Part shown: one piece after another, positions 39,806-51,200 of the stretch
Position numbering within the stretch: position 1 is the stretch's first letter
How the letters are laid out: each line of letters begins with the position of its first letter
Translations under genes and position numbers: made by a program
The notes under the pieces: model-generated
Told to the model about the DNA's origin: nothing
Database searches by the model: none
Seen by the model: the letters and a program-made list of their open reading frames with translations, nothing else
NCBI GenBank assembly: GCA_964558645.1
Contig: CAZLEV010000002.1
Coordinates: 320,001-384,000 of the forward strand
Source: an uncultured archaeon
Lineage (GTDB): Archaea; Asgardarchaeota; Thorarchaeia; Thorarchaeales; Thorarchaeaceae
DNA length: 64,000 bases
Direction of reading: 5' to 3'

Positions 39806-42088
39806 GTGCCAGAGCAACCTCGACATGCTTCGGTACAATCTCGTAACTTCCACCTTGGCCGTCGAACCCGGAGGCTTCATCGACTGACCGAGAGAACTCA
39901 ATCTACGCTAAGACTGCTGGCGGGACTGTATGGAGCCAGCCTCTTCTATGTAGTTCTGGTGATGTTTGAGGGGAGATGGCAAGACCCTGCGATACTTGTG
40001 GCACTGACAATCAATGTGTTCCTTCTTTTCTCTTCCATTACTGGACGGTATGTCACCAAGAAGGGGCTGGCGGTCATTATTGCAGTGATGGGGGGCTATA
40101 CGGTTTCTTCTGTAGCAATCGGCAGTTTCTCTGAGGTTGTTATCATGACCTCAGGGGGGCTGGCATTGTACGGTGGTATGATGAGTGAGCCAAGGTTCCC
40201 CTTGACAAGGAGGGCCATGACAACGGGCATTGCTGTCGCAGTCATAATGACGTTTCTGGGAATATATCTGGCATTGAAACTAGGAGTAGTTTATTTCGTG
40301 GGTGCCGAGATGCTGGGTGCGATAGTCCTCAGCGCCAATGGTCGATATACCAAAGAAGAGAATACAGTGGTGGTTGCGATAGCTAATACCTCGGCTATGG
40401 TCGCGGTCGGCGTTCTCATCGCGTTTCCAGTGATAGCAATATTCCAACCTGCGATAGCTCCTGTACTCATAACCTATCCATTCATTGCATTTGTCACCGG
40501 AACGAGCGCGACATTCGGCCTCATTCTTCTTCTGCCCTTCCGCGATCGTTTCGACGATGAAAGATGGCCCCAGGTGAGACCACAAGCTCAATGCATAATC
40601 TCTCTTGGTGAGGACACTGAAGCAAGAAAGAACGTGGGAAAAGGGGTAATCGCTTCAGCCGGATGGGTAGGGGCAACGAAAGTAGCCGAATATGCAACAG
40701 GAGCAAACTTGAGCTCACTGCCTCACGCGCTCGGACCAATAGTCCCGGACGCAGCCACGATACCTGACTGGATAGGTGTCTCAAATTCACCGTTGATTGC
40801 AGCTATCGGGTTCTTTGTGGGCTGGAAGAGAGCAATTGTTCTCGCAATCGGGAGCCTCGTTTCGTTCTTGATATGGGGGATTCTTGAAGGAGCAGCCCTC
40901 ATTACATTCGGGACACACTTGAGTAGACCGGAGATTCTGTATCTAGCCCTTGGCGTATTTGCCAGCGTCATTCTAAGTGATGTTCTCTTAGGAAATAGAA
41001 AGAGGAAATCAAGGCAAGAAGACGGTGAACAGATATCTGAGGAGATGTGTCGGGCAGAGCCCATGGGGGATGAAGAGGACAAGCCCTCCCGACTGGCAAG
41101 GGTTGGTAGGGTCAGGGAGGAGTTGTTCTCGGTAGAGGCCTTCAAGTATGAGATTTGTCAGATGATTCGGAATCCGAAAGAGTATCTGAGAACGCGACGG
41201 GGGCAGCTTCCGCCCTGGATTACATTTCTCTCTCTGGCGCTCTATGTCATAACTGGCATCGTCGTGTTTTCGTTGCTGAGACCGTTTCCAGCAATCGAGA
41301 TTCACTGGCTGCTGTTCATTCTCGGAGCTCCACTGGCAATGATCTCAGCCTATTTCACTGCACGAGCAATCAGTGAAACTGGCATGCTCGCAGGATATAT
41401 TTCGGATGCTGTGGCAATTCCAGCCGTCTTGTTCTTCAGGGTTTCATTTCAAGCGATTACCACTTTCATGTCAATGCTTGGAGCGCTCCAGGATGCAGCG
41501 ATTGCATTGCTTGCTCAGTTGAAACTAGGCAAAATGACCGGTGTCAGAGGAAGAGACATATTCAAGGCAGTGGTCATCGGCGTGGTCGTGGGGACGTTTG
41601 TAGGATCGCTGATAACTTACATGATATACATTACATACGGTTTCGGTACAGCAGATTTTCCAAGCCCTGCAGCCCAGCTATTTGGTTTTCTGATAATTGG
41701 TCTAAGGGGAATAGGGGAGTTCCAGATGCCAGGACTCGACGAGTTCACAACATTACATCCTGCAATCGGATTTGCATATCTCCTAGGGTTTGGCGTGTTG
41801 GGTTTTCTCTTGGGACACGAAGTGAACAAACGAGATATGAGTGCAATGAGCCTTGCAGTGGGCTTACTCATTCCTCCAGCAACATCAGTTACAATACTGA
41901 TTGGAGGTCTAATAGATTACCGCCTTAAGAAAATGAGGGATAGAATCCCCGAAAGTGATCAGGTTAGACAATCCCGTCATGAGGGGACGCGAGAGAGGTA
42001 TGGCAGACTCCTCAGTGGTGTTCTCGCAGGAGAAGCAATTGTAACGGTTATCTGGGTCTTCTGGAGTGCCATTGCTCTGTTTTTCTAG
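39806..42088 (+). CDS. OPT/YSL family oligopeptide transporter
   Basis: LTRRA, YLALKLG, EENTVV, ISETG, QLKLG, FPSPAA, SGVLAGEA; start uncertain. Confidence 0.8.
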   Translation: MPEQPRHASVQSRNFHLGRRTRRLHRLTERTQSTLRLLAGLYGASLFYVVLVMFEGRWQDPAILVALTINVFLLFSSITGRYVTKKGLAVIIAVMGGYTVSSVAIGSFSEVVIMTSGGLALYGGMMSEPRFPLTRRAMTTGIAVAVIMTFLGIYLALKLGVVYFVGAEMLGAIVLSANGRYTKEENTVVVAIANTSAMVAVGVLIAFPVIAIFQPAIAPVLITYPFIAFVTGTSATFGLILLLPFRDRFDDERWPQVRPQAQCIISLGEDTEARKNVGKGVIASAGWVGATKVAEYATGANLSSLPHALGPIVPDAATIPDWIGVSNSPLIAAIGFFVGWKRAIVLAIGSLVSFLIWGILEGAALITFGTHLSRPEILYLALGVFASVILSDVLLGNRKRKSRQEDGEQISEEMCRAEPMGDEEDKPSRLARVGRVREELFSVEAFKYEICQMIRNPKEYLRTRRGQLPPWITFLSLALYVITGIVVFSLLRPFPAIEIHWLLFILGAPLAMISAYFTARAISETGMLAGYISDAVAIPAVLFFRVSFQAITTFMSMLGALQDAAIALLAQLKLGKMTGVRGRDIFKAVVIGVVVGTFVGSLITYMIYITYGFGTADFPSPAAQLFGFLIIGLRGIGEFQMPGLDEFTTLHPAIGFAYLLGFGVLGFLLGHEVNKRDMSAMSLAVGLLIPPATSVTILIGGLIDYRLKKMRDRIPESDQVRQSRHEGTRERYGRLLSGVLAGEAIVTVIWVFWSAIALFF

Positions 42089-43053
42089 CCCTGCTTTTCT
42101 ACATAATCAGTGAGAGCTTGAAGAAAAATAGGGAGATCATCCGCTTTCATGCCGGCACCGGCGGCTTGGGGATGCCCACCCCCGTGAGCATCGGTTATGT
42201 CAGAAACAACTTCCCTCACCGCTCTATTCAGATTAATGCGAGAATTCCTTAGCCGTATGGACAGATCGATCTCGGCGTTGTAAGAACGAGCGCTAATCCC
42301 AATTTGAGAATCTGTCGCATATGCCGCGAACTTAGCACTCTTTCCTCGGTATCCACCAATCGGCATATCAAGTATATAACCGACCTGCCCAAGCTTTCGA
42401 GCGTTGTTATTGACATAACGCAAGACCTCATGCTCTATTCGCGTTGCTTTCATAGCAAGTGTCACAATATCAACCATCGAGCTTGGACTCATCCCGAGCG
42501 TCAAGAAGCGCACCAAATCCTTTGCCGCTCGTTGATAGTCAATCTCTTGGAGGGCCTGAACAAGGATTCCCGATTCCAAGTAGAGAGTCCTTTTGTCAAA
42601 ATCCTCGAAGTGTTCTCGGGCAAAGGGCGTGTTGTCACAGAAGTCACCAATTGCGCCGTAGAGGGCAAGATGCAAGGCATGCTCAGGTAGTCGCTCAGAG
42701 AACTTGCGATAGGTTAGCTCTGCAGCACTGGGTCCCCGCTCATGGAAGAAATCAACTCTCTGCTGGAGTCTCTTCTTCAGTCTACTTGGTATTGGATGGT
42801 GGTCGATCCAATGGATTGTGGTAGTCTCAGGGAACCGCTCAATCGCCTGAAGAATCTTGTCAAATCGGGACGTGTTGATTGCTATATCACTTATTGAGAC
42901 CACTTCGGGATCATCTTTTGCAATCCGGAACAGATCATGGTGAATCTGGGAAGGTCTGGTAAAATAGAAGTCGGCTCCAGGAAACGCAAGCAATGCTATT
43001 GCGCCAGAAGTGATTCCGTCAAGGTCTCCATGTGAAAGGACAACGGACTTCAT
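42085..43053 (-). CDS. DHH/DHHA1 family phosphoesterase
   Basis: HGDLDG, SDI, IDHH, GGGHPQAAG. Confidence 0.9.
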   Translation of the reverse strand: MKSVVLSHGDLDGITSGAIALLAFPGADFYFTRPSQIHHDLFRIAKDDPEVVSISDIAINTSRFDKILQAIERFPETTTIHWIDHHPIPSRLKKRLQQRVDFFHERGPSAAELTYRKFSERLPEHALHLALYGAIGDFCDNTPFAREHFEDFDKRTLYLESGILVQALQEIDYQRAAKDLVRFLTLGMSPSSMVDIVTLAMKATRIEHEVLRYVNNNARKLGQVGYILDMPIGGYRGKSAKFAAYATDSQIGISARSYNAEIDLSIRLRNSRINLNRAVREVVSDITDAHGGGHPQAAGAGMKADDLPIFLQALTDYVEKQG

Positions 43054-43074
43054 GCTGTTCCAACTCTCAGTTCA

Positions 43075-44448
43075 TCAACGCTTGTATGTTTCTTCTAGAG
43101 CCCTGTCCCATTCGTCCTCCCCATCCTTCAGTCTGCTCTTGCGTGCTTCAGCACGTTCCCTTCTAGACTTGGCAGCTTCTCTTCTCCTCTTCTTGATCTT
43201 CTCTTCGCGCTTCTTGCTGAGAGACTCTTCTTCTTCGGACACAACGCGTTTTGCTTCCTCTCTCTTGGTCATCCAGCTGATGACCATCGCGGCAAAGACA
43301 AAAGTAAGGGTTGCGGGTACTAGGAACAGGAGGACAATCTCTGGTTGGAGAAGCTCGGCGCTATTCTCAATTCCCGGGGGCAATGATAGGATTTGTACAA
43401 AGATGTTAGGGCTCATCAAGAGGAATGAGAGCGCAACTACTGCCAAGAAACGAATCGCAGACCCCATCAAGGTGGATGATACAACATATCCCACAGAGGG
43501 GGCTGCAGCTCTCGCAGTCAATTCGTTCTTAGCATTCGGGTCCTCATTCAGTAACTCATCTATGAAGATCTGCAGACGGCGTACATCACTGATGGCATCC
43601 AAGTTCTCCAAGGCACTGGTACCACCCGCAACCTTTCTCTCGATTGCCTCTCTCAGGAAAGAAAAGGCCGTTGCTCCTGTGGTTCGACTCATGGCAGAAT
43701 GGGAAGCGATGTCTCCGCGCTCAATGGCGCTCTGTTTCTTGGTGGCAGACCTCAGAGCGAGCAATTGCTTCTTGAGGGTTTCCTCCCGGTCTTCCACGGG
43801 TTTCCCCACAGAATGGCTGTAGATCATCTGGTAGCTAATCTCAAGATATGCAAATGAAACAAGAACAAGGATTTGAAGCTCAGAAGTGACGAACTCAACA
43901 AAATCCGTGGGGAATAGAGCGTAATCATAGATTGGCAATTCTCGGAATGCAGCCACAATCAGGATGGCTTGTATTGATACAAAGGCGGCACCAACAAACT
44001 TGTGCTCCATTCTGACCAGTGACTGAAGGAAGAACGCAATACCCAAGGCTGCAAATAGGAAGTACAGAAAAGTGAATGTGCTATCGTAAAGCTCAAGGGC
44101 TATTGACATGATATTGCCAGCAAATGAGATGAACACCTCATTCACATTGGTGACTGGATCTGTTATCGCATAAGGCTGGAGATACCACATTCGAAGAATT
44201 ATGGTATTATACAGACCGCTGAGAAGAGTGTTCAGGCTCTGACCTCCTGTGAATATGGCACCCAATCCATTCACAATCAAGACAGCAACGAAGAAGACGA
44301 TAAAGGAGAGCAGTCGAAATACAGTTACTATGAAGATGTAAGGAGCATCCCAGTCCCAATAACCTGACAGAAGCGAATAGACGGTATACGCCATGATTGA
44401 GAACATGATTATAGACAGGATTCGGAGAACCCAAGTAACAACCTTCAA
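43075..44448 (-). CDS. hypothetical multi-pass membrane protein of the MoxR operon
   Basis: About 7 TM, charged C-terminal tail; start overlaps DUF58 stop. Confidence 0.8.
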   Translation of the reverse strand: MKVVTWVLRILSIIMFSIMAYTVYSLLSGYWDWDAPYIFIVTVFRLLSFIVFFVAVLIVNGLGAIFTGGQSLNTLLSGLYNTIILRMWYLQPYAITDPVTNVNEVFISFAGNIMSIALELYDSTFTFLYFLFAALGIAFFLQSLVRMEHKFVGAAFVSIQAILIVAAFRELPIYDYALFPTDFVEFVTSELQILVLVSFAYLEISYQMIYSHSVGKPVEDREETLKKQLLALRSATKKQSAIERGDIASHSAMSRTTGATAFSFLREAIERKVAGGTSALENLDAISDVRRLQIFIDELLNEDPNAKNELTARAAAPSVGYVVSSTLMGSAIRFLAVVALSFLLMSPNIFVQILSLPPGIENSAELLQPEIVLLFLVPATLTFVFAAMVISWMTKREEAKRVVSEEEESLSKKREEKIKKRRREAAKSRRERAEARKSRLKDGEDEWDRALEETYKR

Positions 44449-45797
44449 AACAGAGCAACCCCCCGTTGCTTGGCAAGATTATACTGTCGGATGATTGTGG
44501 GTAGAAAATCTTCGGGGCCGACGTTCACAACCTCTATTCCAAACCTCGCCAGAGCTCTGGCAATCTTCCTTCTCCGTTCCCACAGCTCCTCAGAAACAGC
44601 CTCAGCAAGGACCTTCTCGACTGGACCAAACTGGCCCACCGGAGCCTCAAACCACGGTCCGAAGGGACTGATGACCTGAGCCTTATGACCATTGGCAACA
44701 ACAGCCTTCATGGCATTCAAAAGGGGAGCCGGACTCTCCTCAAGGTCTGTAAGAAATATGAAGAGGGTGCGTTTCCTCGTGTTCTCAATCACATGTGCTA
44801 CTGCATTCTCATAGTCGCTCCATCCCGTCGGCTCGGCCATTGCAAGTGCCTCAAGTACATCATACATATGATTGGGCTTCAAACTAGGCTTCACATAGGA
44901 GTGGACAATGTCAGAGAATATACAGGCCCCAATGAGGTCCTTGCGCTCTAGACCCATGTAGGTGAGAAGCACAGCCGCCCGGATGGCATACTCAAGTTTT
45001 GTGTTATCTGGATAGCCATTTCCCATGCTACCCGATGTGTCAATCATGCAGACAACCTGAACATTCTTCTCCATCTCGTACTGCTTCACGATGAGATTGC
45101 CACGCTTTGCACTGGTCTTCCAGTCAATCTTGCGGAATGCGTCACCTGGAGTATACGGTCGAAAGCCAGCAAAATCAGTCCCCATTCCGACCACCCTTGT
45201 TCGGTGCGCACCAAACATCAGTCCAAGCTGTCTCTGTTTTCCCAGAGACTCCATCCGCCGTACATCTTTCCAAGTGGGATACACCAGAATCTCGGTCTCG
45301 GCCTCAAGAGTCCGGGTATAGTAGTGAAACCCAAGTCGGTCACGCATCACAACCTCGGTGGGTCCCAAGTAGTATCTGCCGCGGTTCTTCGCCTGTAGAA
45401 TATACGAGAAGGTTATGCTGCTTCCGGGTTCTATTCTAGAAGCCATGAAATTCTCACCAATGGCCAGAATCCATGTCTCGGGATATCTATCCCATACCTC
45501 AATGAAGTCGAAGTGTCGTCTTGACTTGTTCCGAATGGTGACCCTCACCCTCAGAAAATCACCTGAGAATACCTTTACTTTGTCGACCTTTCGATCCACT
45601 TCAATACCAGAGATGTTCGCAGTAGTCGCAAATAGAGGTAAGGTAACAACTAAGCCTACAATGAGATATACTCCTAGGGTGGTCAAGTAGAAGTTCGAAA
45701 ACGCAAATCCACTTGTGAGGAGTAGAACTCCTGCAAAGACAACCACGAAACCTCTCTCTGTAATCACTTTGGACCTTCTCCAGAACAATCCACACAT
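44445..45797 (-). CDS. DUF58 / VWA domain protein
   Basis: ILVYP, FRPYTPGD..KIDWKTSA, DTSGSM MIDAS. Confidence 0.92.
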   Translation of the reverse strand: MCGLFWRRSKVITERGFVVVFAGVLLLTSGFAFSNFYLTTLGVYLIVGLVVTLPLFATTANISGIEVDRKVDKVKVFSGDFLRVRVTIRNKSRRHFDFIEVWDRYPETWILAIGENFMASRIEPGSSITFSYILQAKNRGRYYLGPTEVVMRDRLGFHYYTRTLEAETEILVYPTWKDVRRMESLGKQRQLGLMFGAHRTRVVGMGTDFAGFRPYTPGDAFRKIDWKTSAKRGNLIVKQYEMEKNVQVVCMIDTSGSMGNGYPDNTKLEYAIRAAVLLTYMGLERKDLIGACIFSDIVHSYVKPSLKPNHMYDVLEALAMAEPTGWSDYENAVAHVIENTRKRTLFIFLTDLEESPAPLLNAMKAVVANGHKAQVISPFGPWFEAPVGQFGPVEKVLAEAVSEELWERRRKIARALARFGIEVVNVGPEDFLPTIIRQYNLAKQRGVALF

Positions 45798-45798
45798 A

Positions 45799-46785
45799 CT
45801 ATCTTGGACAATCCACTTCTCCCAGAATCTTTGAAACTAGCCTTTCAACTGTGAGGCCCTCGAGTTCAGCCTCAGGCTTTAGCATCAAGCGATGATTCAT
45901 AGTCTGCACACAGAGCCTGCGTACATCCTCGGGGATAACGTAGTTCCTGCCTTGCATAGCAGCCCGAGCCTTGGAGGCGTTCATGAGAACCAGTGAGGCC
46001 CGCGGAGAGCCCCCAAGCAGTATCTGAGGATCATTTCGCGTTCTAACTACAATATCACGAATGTACTCTATGATATCCTCGTCGATGAAGACCGTCTTGC
46101 ATGTGTTCTGCATCTTTATGATGGTTTCCGGATTCGCCAGAACCCTCAGATTCTCAGCTTCGCCAAGATGTTTTCGACGGATGACTTCAGCTTCTTCCGT
46201 TCCCGTTGGATAGTCTAGTACAAGTCTGAACATAAACCGATCCAGCTGTGCCTCTGGGAGCGGATAAGTACCCTCCTGCTCCACCGGATTCTGGGTGGCG
46301 ATGATGAGGAAAGGCTTCGGTAGTGGGCGTGTGACCCCCTCTATGGATACTTGGCGCTCCTCCATCACTTCCAGTAGAGCACTCTGCGATTTTGGTGGGC
46401 AACGATTAATCTCGTCCGCCAACACCAGATTTGCAAACACAGGGCCCTTTCGGAACCAGAACTCGCCTGTACTTTGATTGAAGACATTGCTGCCAAGCAA
46501 GTCTGCAGGCAGTGTGTCCACAGTGAGCTGAATCCGTCTAAACTCGCATCCTAGAATAGATGCAAATGTGCGGGCCATGTACGTCTTAGCCAACCCCGGA
46601 ACGCCCTCCAGTACAACATGGCCGTTGGACAGCATTGCAATCAGGCAATCCGTCAGTATGTCGGTCTTGCCAACAATGATCCGCTGCACTTCCCGTATTA
46701 TCTCAGTAGTCAAATCGTGTACCTCTTCGATACTCAGCATCTCCGACGTTCCACCTATCTGCCCACTTGTTTCGTCAACTGTCAT
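45799..46785 (-). CDS. moxR: MoxR family AAA+ ATPase
   Basis: HVVLEGVPGLAKT, LADEINR, ATQNPVEQEGTYPLPEAQLDRF, SPRAS. Confidence 0.96.
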   Translation of the reverse strand: MTVDETSGQIGGTSEMLSIEEVHDLTTEIIREVQRIIVGKTDILTDCLIAMLSNGHVVLEGVPGLAKTYMARTFASILGCEFRRIQLTVDTLPADLLGSNVFNQSTGEFWFRKGPVFANLVLADEINRCPPKSQSALLEVMEERQVSIEGVTRPLPKPFLIIATQNPVEQEGTYPLPEAQLDRFMFRLVLDYPTGTEEAEVIRRKHLGEAENLRVLANPETIIKMQNTCKTVFIDEDIIEYIRDIVVRTRNDPQILLGGSPRASLVLMNASKARAAMQGRNYVIPEDVRRLCVQTMNHRLMLKPEAELEGLTVERLVSKILGEVDCPR

Positions 46786-46796
46786 TTCGTGTTACC

Positions 46797-48197
46797 TCAC
46801 CTTTTTGCATTGATAAGTTTAGATTCGATGTTTCTTACAAAGAAGAAGATCTCCATCATCTCATTCTCACCAATCTTCATATCTGGATTGGATGAGATCT
46901 CTTCGATTCGCTCGATTTTCTCGAAGAAGTGTTCTTGCTTCAGTTTAGGATCTTTATGTTTCATCATCTCCCAGACTCCATGTGGGTCATACTTCGTCCA
47001 CATATTCTTCTTCATGATGTCCCGACGCAGTTTCCGGTATATCATCTTCACAACTCGGGCATAGTTACCCTCATGTCTGTAATAGGACATTCTCTCACTG
47101 AAATACGTCTGACCCTTGCGCATGAAGACTTCCGAAACGGCCTTGACCTCAGGTTTCTTCATGTCAGGAAGATACTTCCTGATTCCCACAGCTGTGACAA
47201 GGGGGTACAGGGCCGAGAAATATGGCATTGTTGAAAGCCAGAAGGCCCGTGCTAGATAGAGACCATAGAAAAACTCCGCAGAGGTTGGGGGTACTTCTAG
47301 CAGATGCTCACAGAATACTATCGGAATACTGGCATTACCCCGAGACAACCACCGAACGGTATTGCTCGCAAAACGAGCATTGTCTGGCCATAGCCCGATC
47401 ATGTCATTTGTAAACACACTTGGATCGCTCACAGCGACAATTCTACCTGTCACCGATGACGCACCGCCAAATCCAAGGTCTATTGCTCCAACAACAGGAA
47501 GAGAGCCATTCCATTCTCCCTCACTGGGCCAGGGGTCCTCCTTCTCAATATCAGTTTCACACCACGCACGTTCGGTGGTCCATGCTATACCTGCCAGCCC
47601 CAAGGCTGAGCGCGGACTGAGGGCTGTGGCCCAGTTTAGATGCAGACTGTTCACCCCTTGAGTCAGAGCACCTCCATCGAGTCCTGGCCGCAAGTCAGTT
47701 ATGACAGGGAGTTTCGGGCTCTTGTCATAGGAATCAAGATCGAGAAGAACACCGCCAGTGAATGACAATATGCCACTGACAGGAAACGGACTCGAATCGC
47801 CCCATGCATTGGAGATCAGAGTATTTAGCAGGAAGAATGAGTTGTTTGCAGTACCAAAGTCGTCTGCAATAAGCACGCTGCCGCCTGCCATCAGGTGATC
47901 GAATAGAACGAGTACTGCGTCAACACTGAAGTCACGAACTGGCCCCATAATCACGAGGACCGCATCACCTTCGTATCGAGTAATCACACTCATAGAAGAC
48001 TGAATTGCGTGTGTCTCATGCCCTTGCGCCTCTATCTGTTCTCTGAAGCTGCTTAGGCCATTCCAGTCTTCGTTGTAGATTCCAAAGTCTTGAGGATACG
48101 TTTCCGTGACATCAAACGCAGTAGTCGCAACTAACATGCCTACGGGAAACCAGGCAAATACGAACAGTATCATCCAGAGTCCGTCTTTCCAGCCCAT
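46797..48197 (-). CDS. DUF4350-like membrane-anchored protein
   Basis: FGIYNEDWNGLS, GGSVLIADDFGTAN, GRIVAVSDPSVFTN; operon context. Confidence 0.75.
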   Translation of the reverse strand: MGWKDGLWMILFVFAWFPVGMLVATTAFDVTETYPQDFGIYNEDWNGLSSFREQIEAQGHETHAIQSSMSVITRYEGDAVLVIMGPVRDFSVDAVLVLFDHLMAGGSVLIADDFGTANNSFFLLNTLISNAWGDSSPFPVSGILSFTGGVLLDLDSYDKSPKLPVITDLRPGLDGGALTQGVNSLHLNWATALSPRSALGLAGIAWTTERAWCETDIEKEDPWPSEGEWNGSLPVVGAIDLGFGGASSVTGRIVAVSDPSVFTNDMIGLWPDNARFASNTVRWLSRGNASIPIVFCEHLLEVPPTSAEFFYGLYLARAFWLSTMPYFSALYPLVTAVGIRKYLPDMKKPEVKAVSEVFMRKGQTYFSERMSYYRHEGNYARVVKMIYRKLRRDIMKKNMWTKYDPHGVWEMMKHKDPKLKQEHFFEKIERIEEISSNPDMKIGENEMMEIFFFVRNIESKLINAKR

Positions 48198-48230
48198 TAG
48201 TATTCACATCATTGGTCGACTCATATTCAT

Positions 48231-51200
48231 CTACTCGGACATTGCTCCAACATCTATTCGGGGATAGATATCGGTGAATATACGGACTGCCTCCTCATAC
48301 TGCTCTCTGGACATCTCGGACCCCGAGAACCGCGCCTCTTCGTAGATATACATGAACTGCTCCGCGTCGGCACTGTCCAAGGGGAGAGATTTGAGAACTC
48401 TGTCGAGGTATTCTCGAGCGGTCTCGGAGGCAAGTCGTTCCGAACCTATTTTCATTCCGCACATCTGTTCAAAAGTTCTGTACGCAAGTGTGATAGATTG
48501 GCCGTACTTACCTGCACCTGCGAGTTTCTTGATATTGCGGAGCTTACTTGGTATGTCCATTCCCGTTCTCTTTGTGGGACTTCTGAACATTCCCTTCACA
48601 TAGTATAGGTACAGAAGCACAACAATCACTGCTCCAGCAAGTGCTATGCTCGGTACCAAAATGTCAATCAGACTTTGCATGAAACCACCTGTATTGGTTT
48701 GAATTTGAAGTGTATAAGACCCAACGGTCATGTTATTGGCATCGGAAAGAATCGTGATTGTGTAAGTGATAGATCCATTCCCTAGTTGCCCTAACCATCT
48801 GTGACTGAAGTTCCCGTTGTCATCGGTGACGGCAGTTTCCTCGCGACCCCCGATGGAAATCACCAACGTACGCCCAGCAATCGGCAACCTCGTACTGCCG
48901 CCATCATTGTACAATGTGCCGCTGATTATCAAGTCGTTCCCGTATTGGATGCGTTCAGGGGTTGCGTTATCAAGATCTGCGCCTATGAAGACATGAATCG
49001 CCCCGGTAGACTGAGCCTCATCACCGTTGATGAAACCTCCACCATCATATGCAATATTCACAAAATAGAGTCCACTGGCGCCTGACCAGTCAAGAGGAAT
49101 GGTGATAGTAATGGTCGTCCAGTTCGGGGAATTAATGCGTCGACTGCCCAATTCGGTGTCGTTGAGAAACAAGAGCACAGTGCCATCGATTGCATTACCA
49201 TCTTCGTCGAGAAGACGGATAACGATCCGAATCGTTTCTCCAGGCATGACGTCTTCGTTGGTCAGTAGGTCTACAGACAGCTCAGAACGTAGATGTATCT
49301 CAACGGTCCAGAAATCAGGACTACTCTCAACATCAACAAGTGAGGACTCGGCAGTCACGGTTATCTCGTAGATGGCCGGCTGTGCATCTTGGGGAATAAT
49401 AATGTCAATTGAGAACTCGCCAGCAGTGTCAGTCACGGCGCTCTGACCCGTGGATGATCCATTTGCATAGACCAAGATGGTTATGTCAACGGCGGCGCCC
49501 CCCTCATTGGAGGCTGTTCCAGTGATAGTCAGGGTATCACCGCGCTCCAATGTGAAGACTGATTGTTCATCGAGAGTTATCACAACGAGGTCGCGGACCT
49601 GCAAGATTTGAGGAGAGGTCTGGGCATCTTCATAGGCATCTGATGGAGAAACAAACGTGACAACAAAGGGCACCTCCCCCAACCAGTGATCCCATGGAAT
49701 TTCAAATGAAAGGGTGAAACCTCCACTACTATTTGTGGGCGATGTGGCCTCCACAGAGCCATCCCAGACAAGTTCGACAGTGTAGCCAACCATGGCGCTT
49801 CCGTTTCCAAAGGACAATGTGCCCGTTACAATCACGTCTTCTCCCCGGTAGAGTGAAGTGGAAATAGAATCGGCTGCGATTGTAACTGGAATGAGCTGGA
49901 TATCGACAGACATAGAGTCAGACTGGCTCGGACTCACGAAAGAATCAGGAGGTAGACAATACGCCCAGACGATTGTTGTGCCTAGTGGTGTGGTGCTATC
50001 CAGTGTGAAGACATACTGGAAGACTCCATTGATATCTGTCTGCACGGTCCCGAGGAGGATCTGACCTTCTGCATCAGACGAATGATCCCAGTAGACATCG
50101 ACATCAACGAAGCCATAGGGAGTTCCGTTATCCAGAACCATTGTGCCGGTAATATTGAGCGAGTGCTCCCGATATACAACAGAGGGTGTGGCCTCAATCG
50201 TCCAGACAATGGTCATGGCACTGATATTGAGAGTGCTCACATCAGACGTGGTACCTGCAATCCAGTTCTCCGTCGGTTGGAGTTCGATCCAGATGTCATA
50301 GATGCCTGGGCTCGTCGATTGTGGAATCTGCCATTGAATGTAGAAGTAGCCATCAGGGTCCGTTGAAACTGTGCCGACATTGTTGCCATCGAAGATAATC
50401 TGTAAGGTCGCATTTGCATATGGGACATCCGTGCCAGATAGGTCGTAGAAGAGGGTACCATTCAAGGGAATGTAATCGCTGATGTAATAGTCCGTAGAAC
50501 CTCCTGTCATGAATCCGCTGATCAGGGTCTGCCACTGCTCAAGTTGGAGAGGCTCATGGATCGACTCGTTGGTAGACAGGAGAAGCGTACCTGCAAAGGT
50601 TCCGTATATCTCGATTCCGGTCCATTGTGTGTGCTCCTGAAAGCCCGTGTAGTTGAGGGTGTGCTCGCCATTCTCATCAGTCAAGATCCAGCCTATCGCA
50701 TATTCGGTTCCGTTATACCACCATATAGTCACATTCTCGCCCGAGATATCTGTTCCATTGGAGAAGTAGAGATGAACATAGATTGACAGAGACTCATTGA
50801 GTTTGACAGAGCTGGAGCTGATGCTGATGTCCAGATTCACCAGGTATCTCTGAGCGTTCACTGTAATCAGGGAGCTCGTGGCATTGGCATCAAGAGGGCT
50901 TGTGCTTGTGTAGTTGCACTTGAAGTCGTACAATCCCTCACTCTGGTCACCAAGCGTGAAATCATAGAGGTAACGAAAACCTCCCGAAGAGTTTGTCTGG
51001 ACCGTATCAAGAAGAACCCAAGTACCGCTCTCAAAGAGATAGATTCGAACATCGGCTTCTGTGAGTGGTGGAGTACCGCTGCTGTATGTCAGATTCCCTT
51101 GGATAACGAGAGTTTCATCCAGATAGACTGCTCCGGGAACGTCCATGCTGAAAGTGGGCTGATACAGAACTAAATCGAAACCGACACCGGGCGTGGATGA

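Noticed and set aside
43010-43822. 270-aa plus-strand ORF
   Set aside because: Antisense shadow of the membrane gene in the MoxR operon
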